From contig JANWYG010000022.1 of the NCBI GenBank assembly GCA_025057015.1, forward strand, positions 26,864-90,863: 64,000 nt of DNA, written 5' to 3'. Below the pieces are notes generated by a model, which saw only the letters and a list, made by a program, of their open reading frames with translations, was not told where the DNA came from and ran no database searches. Position numbers and translations under genes: made by a program. Shown here in pieces: positions 29,375 through 37,700 of this stretch (within the stretch, counting starts at the first letter, position 1; every line of letters begins with the position of its first letter). This DNA comes from Blastocatellia bacterium (GTDB lineage: Bacteria > Acidobacteriota > Blastocatellia > Chloracidobacteriales > JADJPF01).

Positions 29375-30369
29375 TGGAAGATTTTCGTTTCAAACACCCG
29401 GAGTACTTGTATCTGATATTGCTGCTACCGCTGCTGGCACTAGTGATACATCTGCTAATAGCTCGCAGACGCAAAGCTATGGAGCTGTTCTGTAGGAACG
29501 CAGACCGTTCCCTAGCTCTGAGAATTCACTTATATAGGGCGCGAGCAGGACTGACGATCTTGGTATTTCTGTCTCTGCTTCTTGCTCTTGCTCGCCCACA
29601 GTGGGGAGCTGCAGAAGGAGTCAAAGCTCAGGGCGTAGACATGATCTTGGCTGTAGATGTTTCACTTAGCATGTTGGCAGACGACGAACTACCTTCTAGA
29701 CTGGACAGAGCCCGCCGAGTTGCTAGGGATGTTGTCGATCACTTCAAGTCGGGCCGTATCGGAGTGATAGCCTTTGCCGGTAGCAGTAGTGCTACTGTGC
29801 CGCTTACTTTTGACGTTGCTGCAGTACATAGTTTCTTGAAAGACCTGAACGTCAGACTGGCAGATGTTCCCGGCACATCTGTAGCAGGAGCCATTCGCCG
29901 GGCAGTCAAAAGCTTAAAGGACCTGCAGCGAAGCTCTAAGCTTGTAATAGTAGTTTCTGACGGTGAAGACCAGGATGATGCTCCACTAAGAGCAGTCGCT
30001 GCAGCTGCAAAAGAAGCTGCCGAGTATAATGTGGTGATAGTTACCGTGGGTATAGGCTCTACGCAAGGCAGCACAATACCGCTAGGATCTTTGGGGCTAC
30101 TTGGAGTAAAGCGCGACTCGGAAGGGAAGGTAGTAATCACTCGGCTGGAAGAAGAAACTTTAAAAGTGGCAGCGGAAACTACAGGAGGCATTTATCTACG
30201 TGCTGAGCCAAACGGTAGTGAAGTCAACGAGATAATCAAGTTTGTCGAGCGCATGAAAAAAGGCGAAATCGAGGTCAATGCTCGAGATCGCAAAGATCGG
30301 TATCATTATCCCCTCTGTGCAGCTCTGGTCTTATTGCTTGTGGAAATGCTGATTCTACGAAAAACTTAA
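29374..30369 (+). CDS. batB: BatB-like vWA domain protein
   Basis: ALARPQWG, DVSLSMLA.D..PSRL, SDGED, GIGS..G..IP, VITRL.E..L. Confidence 0.85.
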   Translation: MEDFRFKHPEYLYLILLLPLLALVIHLLIARRRKAMELFCRNADRSLALRIHLYRARAGLTILVFLSLLLALARPQWGAAEGVKAQGVDMILAVDVSLSMLADDELPSRLDRARRVARDVVDHFKSGRIGVIAFAGSSSATVPLTFDVAAVHSFLKDLNVRLADVPGTSVAGAIRRAVKSLKDLQRSSKLVIVVSDGEDQDDAPLRAVAAAAKEAAEYNVVIVTVGIGSTQGSTIPLGSLGLLGVKRDSEGKVVITRLEEETLKVAAETTGGIYLRAEPNGSEVNEIIKFVERMKKGEIEVNARDRKDRYHYPLCAALVLLLVEMLILRKT

Positions 30370-30426
30370 ATTTTTGTGGCAACAGTTAGGCTAATTCGGA
30401 CGATGACTTGAGTAGGAGAAGTTGGA

Positions 30427-30696
30427 ATGCAGCACCAAGGGAATCTTGAAATAGCTCTTACTCTTGAGATTTTAGAGAAAATAGGTATAGAAAGGGCAAC
30501 CGCTATTTGGAAATGGCTTGTGGATCCTGAAGGTAATCCTGTTCCTGAAGGACTGAAAGGCGAAGAAGTGATGGGGATTTATCTTCGCAATACCAAGTTG
30601 CTCGAACGTTTGAGGGAAATAGTCGCCAGTCTAGAGAGCCTACGTGGCGGTATAGCAAACAAGCCGCAATTGAATAAAGGACCTATGCGCATCTGA
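30427..30696 (+). CDS. Hypothetical protein (89 aa)
   Basis: AGGAG upstream; fills the gap ahead of the lipase-like gene. Confidence 0.6.
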   Translation: MQHQGNLEIALTLEILEKIGIERATAIWKWLVDPEGNPVPEGLKGEEVMGIYLRNTKLLERLREIVASLESLRGGIANKPQLNKGPMRI

Positions 30697-30718
30697 GTTG
30701 AAAACATAGGAGGGATGT

Positions 30719-31873
30719 ATGGGTTTCAATATAGGTAATGTCGCAAATAATGTTGTAAATAATGTTCGAAATACACTCGATCAAATAGGCAGCCTGGTAA
30801 GAGATGTAGCGCAAAATGTTACCATTCAGAGTTTGTCCAGGCTTAGGGACATAGCAGATTTTGCGTCAAATCTGACGGGAGCGCGTATAGGAAGTGGGCT
30901 GCTGGCGCCGCGAGGAGGTTTTCCTATAAGTCCGCTTGGCTACTCGGATAAGGTAGTAGAAGCTGGTGTAAAACTTGCGAAAGCACTCTTCTCGAAATCA
31001 CCTGATGCTGAATATGATGGTAGAATTGAAACTTATCCGAAGGGACAGAATCTTGGATCAGAGCCCAAAGTATATATCATAAACGGAATACAGACGGATC
31101 TAGCCGGCCGTGAGGCTTTGGCTGTGGAGACGGCTAACAAGCTGGGGGTAAACGTCAACCTGATACATAACTCTACGGGTGGTAGTGGTCTAATAGGCGC
31201 TGCTAAAGATTTAGCTGAGTGCATAGGTCAGCTTGTGTTGGGAATACCCAGCAAACCTTCTCAAACGCTAGCAAACGAGATTTTTAAGAATCTTACTGCG
31301 AATCCTCCTAAGAAAATGGAGTTGATAGGCTACAGTCAGGGCAGCATAATGGTGGCACATGCTGTCTCAATGGCGATAGAGAGGCTCAAGAGAGCCGGTT
31401 ATAGCGACGAGCAGATCCGCTCGTTGATGAGCCAAAGCGTCAAGGTCAAGTTGGTAGGGACACCTATAGACATAAGCAATCCGATGCACACCATCTTAAA
31501 CGTACCGGGAGGCAAGCATTTAAGCTGGTATTTTACCATGGAAGACCGGTTGATTTCTGGGCGAGGAGTGCCGTTTAATGAGGTAGTAAATAGCGAAGCT
31601 GGTCGACGCGGCGAACTTGCTGAGGCGAACTTCCACACTATCCGTCATGAAAAGGATCTAGTAGCTACTGTGGTTCGAGACCTTGGTATTGATGATCTCG
31701 CCAGGTTGGCAAGTCCTGCGACCAGGGGGCTGTATTTAGCAGAGTTAGGTGCTAGAATAGCATACTCGCTGATCGGCTCGGCCGTAGAGGGAGGTGATCC
31801 CTTTGCCTATCATGGTTACTACAACGTCTACTTGCCTTATATGTTGAGTGAAGGGTTGTTACGAGCGAAATAG
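30719..31873 (+). CDS. Alpha/beta-hydrolase (lipase-like) protein with an Asn/Val-rich N-terminal extension; putative secreted effector
   Basis: AGGAGG RBS; IINGIQT, LIHNST, GYSQG nucleophile elbow, HEKDLV, late His (AYH). Confidence 0.75.
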   Translation: MGFNIGNVANNVVNNVRNTLDQIGSLVRDVAQNVTIQSLSRLRDIADFASNLTGARIGSGLLAPRGGFPISPLGYSDKVVEAGVKLAKALFSKSPDAEYDGRIETYPKGQNLGSEPKVYIINGIQTDLAGREALAVETANKLGVNVNLIHNSTGGSGLIGAAKDLAECIGQLVLGIPSKPSQTLANEIFKNLTANPPKKMELIGYSQGSIMVAHAVSMAIERLKRAGYSDEQIRSLMSQSVKVKLVGTPIDISNPMHTILNVPGGKHLSWYFTMEDRLISGRGVPFNEVVNSEAGRRGELAEANFHTIRHEKDLVATVVRDLGIDDLARLASPATRGLYLAELGARIAYSLIGSAVEGGDPFAYHGYYNVYLPYMLSEGLLRAK

Positions 31874-31884
31874 CGGAGTGATTG

Positions 31885-32421
31885 ATGAATCAAGACGTAG
31901 CTCAACTAGCTGAAATGGTGAGGCAGTCCCTGAAGGAGTCTCTTCAGGGACGTAAATCTTTTAGGGAAGCTTTCGGGCTAAGCGAAGAAGAAATAACTGC
32001 ACTTGCTGGCGCTGCTTGCGAGATGGCCGAACAAGGCCGCAACGAAGAAGCGCTCGCTATGCTCGAAGGGCTCTTTGTTCTTGATCCGGAAAATCTCCAT
32101 GTGCACAACTGTCTAGGTTCGCTTTATATGCGTCTAGACAGGAGGAAGCTTGCCGAACAGGAGTTTGAATACGTGCTTGCACGCACACCTGACGATATAG
32201 CTGCGAATACCAACCTCGGAGAACTGCTTTTTGAGCAAGGTGAGTTGGAACGTGCTGTAGAGAAGCTTCGCAAAGCTGTAGAGCTTGATCCGGAAGGGAA
32301 AAGTCTTTTTGCGAATCGTGCTCGCAGCATACTTGGCCTTATAGCTACTCTCGCAAAAGAGCTTCAAGAAAACGGCCCTGAGGCTATGGAGCAACTGCGA
32401 AAGCAGCTTCTGTCAAAGTAA
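31885..32421 (+). CDS. TPR protein resembling SycD/LcrH type III secretion chaperones
   Basis: G.SFREAFGLSEEE, EQGRNEEA...EGL..LDP, three TPRs, DPEGKS..ANRAR. Confidence 0.75.
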   Translation: MNQDVAQLAEMVRQSLKESLQGRKSFREAFGLSEEEITALAGAACEMAEQGRNEEALAMLEGLFVLDPENLHVHNCLGSLYMRLDRRKLAEQEFEYVLARTPDDIAANTNLGELLFEQGELERAVEKLRKAVELDPEGKSLFANRARSILGLIATLAKELQENGPEAMEQLRKQLLSK

Positions 32422-32551
32422 CTCTAAGCTCACAAGTAGCCCACCGAAATTACTTTTTCAGAAAAAATCTTATATACTTTTATCTGCTCGTAGGCAGGAA
32501 CAACTTCGAGACGGCAAATTTTGAGTTTCAGGGAGAAGAGTCCGAAGATCT

Positions 32552-33190
32552 ATGGAAATTAAGCGCCTGAAATTTGATAGCCAGGGTAAGCTCCCTGTTA
32601 TCATACAAGACTCAAAAACTTGTAAAATACTTGCATTGATCTATGTAGGAGCTGATGAACTCTCGCAGATTTTACAGACCGGGTGTTTGGAGCGTTTTAA
32701 CTTGCCGGCGGCAAGCTTGGCAGACGTAAGGGTAAGTAGCGAGTATGATTCACTTCTGATGCTTATCAGAGCTAATAGCGAAGTTGCATTGGGTAGCTAC
32801 CGCAGTTGCTTTGGGGGCGAACCAGATTCAAAATCCCAACAAGAGCAAGCACGCCTCGATGTTGTTAGGGAAAGTTCCCTCGATCTAGGTATCTTGCTAG
32901 ACGAGCTATATCGGCTAATAACTGATCGTAAGAAGCATCGGCCTGAAGGTTCGTATACCACGTATCTTTTCAATTCTGGGCCTGATAGGATCTTTAAAAA
33001 GATAGCGGAGGAGGCTGTAGAAGCTATCATAGCGGCAAAGAATCGTTCGAAACCGCAGGTTATAGCCGAGGTTTCAGACCTTCTCTACCATGTACTTGTG
33101 ATGCTATGTGAAATGGAGATACGTCTAGAAGATGTCTATCATGAGCTGAAAAAGAGAATGGGTGGGCAAGTAACTTCTGTAGTACAGTAG
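32552..33190 (+). CDS. hisIE: HisIE-like protein: degenerate PRA-CH domain plus apparently intact phosphoribosyl-ATP pyrophosphatase
   Basis: LKFDSQGKLPVIIQD start; EGSYTTYLF, KKIAEEAVE, EVSDLLYH intact; SRSR/KGETSG/DCD/CHTG motifs absent. Confidence 0.85.
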   Translation: MEIKRLKFDSQGKLPVIIQDSKTCKILALIYVGADELSQILQTGCLERFNLPAASLADVRVSSEYDSLLMLIRANSEVALGSYRSCFGGEPDSKSQQEQARLDVVRESSLDLGILLDELYRLITDRKKHRPEGSYTTYLFNSGPDRIFKKIAEEAVEAIIAAKNRSKPQVIAEVSDLLYHVLVMLCEMEIRLEDVYHELKKRMGGQVTSVVQ

Positions 33191-33197
33191 CAATGCA

Positions 33198-34679
33198 ATG
33201 ACCTATCGTCCAAAAAACTATGAAGAGTTTGCAGCTTACGCTTCTACGGCTAACGTCATTCCGGTAAGCAAGAAGTTGCCTTCCGACATGCTAACACCCG
33301 TAGCAGCCTACCTGAAGTTGAGAGGGGCAGGGAAGCGCTCTTTCTTGCTTGAATCGATAGAGGGCAATGAAAGGATCTCGCGTTATTCCTTCATTGGCGT
33401 AGATCCCTACTTGGTAATTAAGGCGCGAGGTGAAAATCTAGAGTACGAGCAAGGCGACGGTATCGTAAGCGTCGAGAAGGGTGATATATTCACGTCTCTA
33501 AGCAAGTACCTGGCTAGCTTTGTAGTGGCAAAGGTTCCCGACATGCCGCCATTCGTAGGAGGAGGTGTTGGCTACATAGGATATGATGCTATAAGGAGCT
33601 TAGAGCGACTTGGTGGTGGGTTGGCGGACGACCTAGGAATATATGACTCCGTAGTGATGTTCTTTTCTGCAGCGGTTATTTTTGATCATGTCAAACAGAG
33701 CTTACTCATAGTAGCAGGTGTATTTGTAAGTCAGGAAGGTGCTAGCAGGCAGCTTTATGAATCGGCACTTGCTACGATATCCGATATAGAGAACGTACTT
33801 TTCGGTGTCGTTCCGGCTATTGACAAAACTACAAGGACTTTGCCACCGGCTATCCGTAGCAACGTTACTAAGGAAGGCTTTGAGTCGGCAGTAGAAAAGA
33901 TAAGGGTTCATATTAGGGAAGGGGAAATACTGCAGGCAACTCTTTCGGTCAGGGTTGTAATAGATAATTTTGCTCCTGCTTTTCAGCTCTATAGAGCGAT
34001 ACGTACGCTCAGTCCTGCGCCTTATATGTTTTATCTGGACATTGGGGAGTACCAGTTGATGGGTGCCTCATATGACATGCTGTTGCGCTGCACAGGACGA
34101 CGGCTTGACTATAGGATTGCGGCCGGAAGCTGCGGGCGAGGTGCTACTGATGTAGAAGATCTGTTGCTTGCAGAGGAGCTACGTGCAGATGAGAAAAAGG
34201 TAGCAGAGCATACTCTAGCGGTGGATCTGGCAAGGGGAGATCTAGGCCGTGTCTGTGATTATGGGTCGATAGAGTTATTTGAACTGATGATCGTAGAAAA
34301 ATACTCTCAGATGATGCAGATGGTTTCGAGCATCAAAGGTCGGCTAGCTAACAATAAGACCAGCATCGATGCTTTGGCTGCATGTTTACCGGCAGCTAAG
34401 GTGTCTGGGGCCCCCAAGCTTCGTGCAATTAAGTTAATGGATGAACTAGAAAACACTCGCCGTGGCCCTTACGCAGGTGTTATTCTTTACTTAGATTATT
34501 CCAGAAATCTAGACTCTTGTATTACAATAAGTACAGTCATTTGCAAGCAAGGTCAGGCTTACGCGCAGGCAGGCGAAAGCATAGTAGCAGATTCTGTTCC
34601 TGACAAAAAGTACCTAGAGACTATAAACAAAGTCCGCCTGCTTCTTAAATCGGTAGAGATAGCTGAGAAAGAAATTTAG
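33198..34679 (+). CDS. Anthranilate synthase component I (TrpE/MST) paralog, probably catalytically impaired
   Basis: FLLES, RYSFIG, PPFVGGGVGY, AEH...VDLAR, SGAPKLRA; several catalytic positions substituted. Confidence 0.88.
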   Translation: MTYRPKNYEEFAAYASTANVIPVSKKLPSDMLTPVAAYLKLRGAGKRSFLLESIEGNERISRYSFIGVDPYLVIKARGENLEYEQGDGIVSVEKGDIFTSLSKYLASFVVAKVPDMPPFVGGGVGYIGYDAIRSLERLGGGLADDLGIYDSVVMFFSAAVIFDHVKQSLLIVAGVFVSQEGASRQLYESALATISDIENVLFGVVPAIDKTTRTLPPAIRSNVTKEGFESAVEKIRVHIREGEILQATLSVRVVIDNFAPAFQLYRAIRTLSPAPYMFYLDIGEYQLMGASYDMLLRCTGRRLDYRIAAGSCGRGATDVEDLLLAEELRADEKKVAEHTLAVDLARGDLGRVCDYGSIELFELMIVEKYSQMMQMVSSIKGRLANNKTSIDALAACLPAAKVSGAPKLRAIKLMDELENTRRGPYAGVILYLDYSRNLDSCITISTVICKQGQAYAQAGESIVADSVPDKKYLETINKVRLLLKSVEIAEKEI

Positions 34680-34725
34680 CTTACAGAGAGCCTGTGTATA
34701 GGCCGAGAGGGCGGAGATATAGAAT

Positions 34726-37700
34726 ATGCTAGTCAAGCGTTGTCCAAGCTGTCAGAATGAGTATTCGGCGACGCTTCCTACCTGCCCGCAAGATGGTACG
34801 TCGTTGAGAGAAGTGATAGCTGTGGATCCGATGATAGGACAGGTTTTGGAGGGAAAGTATAGGATAGAGTCACTTTTGGGTTCTGGCGGAATGGCAGCCG
34901 TCTACCTTGCTACTCATAGAGAATTAGATAGTAAGGTAGCTATTAAGGTATTGAGTTCAGAGTCGCTCAAGAACTCTCTTGCAGTAGCCCGTTTTCGGCG
35001 TGAGGCACAAGCTGTAGCTAAGATAAGGCATCGTTCGGTTGTGGCCATCTATGATATTGGTAAGCTTCCGAGCGGAAACACCTTTCTAGTAATGGAGTAC
35101 ATAGAAGGTCATTCGCTACGGGAGGAACTGAAGAAGCACAAAAGATTGGACATTAGAAGGGCGGTACAGATTGCTACAGAAATCTGTGAAGGCATGCAAG
35201 CAGCCCACGACGTCGGAATAATACACCGGGACTTGAAGCCAGAAAACATAATGATAGAGTCGCGTAAGAGCAACAGCTACATCAAAATAGTAGACTTTGG
35301 CGTTGCTGAGCTCTGCGAAAATGCCGTAAACGACGCTCTGACTCGCTTGACGGAAGCGGGTATGATGGTAGGCACGCCCTACTATATCTCCCCTGAACAA
35401 TGCAAAGGTGAAGAACTAGACCATCGGTCTGACATTTACTCGTTGGGAATAATGCTCTACGAGCTGCTTACAGGCGAAGTGCCGTTCAGGGGCAGGACCT
35501 TATCGGCAGTGATACTGCAACATGTCTCTGAGCCTGCACCCTCGATTCGACAGGTACGGCCCGAAGTGAGTAAGGCACTGGAATCAGTGGTGCTAAGCGC
35601 CCTGTCTAAGTCCAAGGAGGATAGGCCGGCCAGCATGTTGGAGTTTGCACAGGAGCTGACCCGCGCAGTTGAGCAGACTGCTAGCCTAGGGAACACTATT
35701 GTTGGCTCGTCGCTATCTGTCTCAAATTTGCCCTCAGCTACTAATACGGGAAGCATAAAACGTACTACTGGTCAGATTCGCAGAACCGGGATGCTCACTC
35801 ATGATAGTCTGACCGGGCTACATTCTTATGTCTACTTCTTAGGACAACTGGAAGAAGCCGTCGCCCGAGCACTGCAAACAGGTGAGTCGCTAGTAGTAGC
35901 TTTAATTGGGATAGACCGATTTAAGAAGTTCAATGAACATGGGTACTTAGTCGGTGATCAGGTACTGCGCGAGGTTGCTACGCTTGTTAACAAGCGAGTG
36001 CCAAGCGAAGCAAAACTGAGCAGGCTCGAAGGTGATAACTTTGTATTGATGCTGACCGGTCAGTATGCGAAAGAAGCCGACTTACTGCTTGAAAATATTG
36101 TTAGGACTGTGGAGGAGACCGAAATCCGCTTGCCAGTCTTGCCAGAAAGCTTTGCAAGAGTGAGTATTTCCGTCGGTACAGCCGTGCTGCGTGAACATGC
36201 CCAGACGGCTTCCGAGTTGATCGATTTCGCTAAACAGTCGCTCAGACAGGCAAAACAACGTAAATACGCTGAATTAGCTACTGACTCTACTCCGCAAATT
36301 AGCTTCGAGCACTTTGTCGGACGCAGAAAAGAGCTTGAAAAGCTCCAAAAAGAGCTCGAGCTTACCGTCTCTGGCAAAGGTAGAGTCTTGTTTATATCCG
36401 GTGATGCAGGCGTAGGAAAGTCCCGCCTAGTGGATGAGTTTCGGCGTAGATTAATAGGCAAGGATATCCTCTTCCTACAAGGGCGGTTTTACGAATCTGG
36501 GGGTACGGTGCCTTACAAGGTTTTCTACGATTCTTTGCGCAGCTCTATCCACTACTTGGCGGAAAATTCAGAAGAGCTAGAACTCATATTCGGTCCGCTT
36601 TCTGAGCGAGTAAGGCAAGACTTTGCTGACGACGACTCGATTTCTTCTCTGCTTGGCAGCGTAACGCTCAGCGGTAATGCGGAGCAGGAGAAGTATAAGC
36701 TCTTTGATTATTTGTCGAGGATATACTCCAGCCTTTCGCATGTAAGGCCAGTAGTGCTTTTCTTAGACGATCTACAATGGGCAGATGAGCTGGCGTTGGA
36801 CTTTCTATCCTACCTTACTAGGGTCGTCCAACATAGCCGTGTCTTTGTCATAGCTACGATGCGGGAGTGGGAAGTCTCGTCCGAGCAGAGTCCCGTCCGT
36901 AGTTGGCTGCGGCAGATGGGTAGATACTGCTCCTATGAGCAGATCAAGCTTTCGCCGCTTACTGAATCTGAGGTACGTCAGATAATAGACCAAACTTTTG
37001 GGAAGATTCAGATCTCACCCGGAACACTATCACTTATCTGCTCTGAGACTAAAGGCAACGCTTTCTACTTAATGGAAGTGATGAGGTTGCTCATTCAGGA
37101 CGAGGTAATAAGGTGGGTCGACGGCAGGTGGCGCGTCGAGGACGTAAATGAGATCCGTCTGCCTACATCGGTTGTCGACCTTGTGGAAGCACATCTTGCA
37201 AAGCTGCCGGATAAGACCCTGGAGATATTCGTCACCGCTGCAGTGCTTGGAGATGGGTTCTCTTTCGATGTACTTGCATCGGTTACGGATATGGATGAAG
37301 ACGATTTGTTGCCAATTATCGAGGAGGGACTAAAAAAGCGCATCATCAAAGAAGAGGTAAGCGGACGTGAAGAACGCTATGTATTCTATCAGAGTACCAT
37401 GCGCAAGGTTCTCTATGAGCGTGTCAGCAGACGGCGTCGTAAAAAGCTGCACCAACAGATAGGGCACAAGCTGGAAGAGATGTATGGCTCTAAGGTGAAT
37501 AAGATAGCTGCCGAACTCGCTTACCACTACTATCAGGCAGAAGATTATGGCCGTTCGCTCAAGTATTCGATAGAAGCCGGAAATCTGGCTTGGCGAGTAC
37601 TAGCTGTCTCAGAAGCGCTCAAGTACTACGAGTGGACAGAAAAGTCGATTCGCAATCTAATGGCGACTCTGCGTGAAGAAGGCGGCAAAGGATCTAACCA

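Noticed and set aside
30370-30410. Sigma54 (TGGCAACAGTTAGGC) or sigma28-like (GACGATGA) promoter before the effector cassette
   Set aside because: GG-N10-GC spacing is present but the TTGC element is not, and the sigma28 -35 match is poor. Too weak to call.
32422-32551. his/trp attenuator or c-di-GMP riboswitch upstream of hisIE
   Set aside because: No His- or Trp-rich leader peptide and no convincing two-hairpin GEMM structure.
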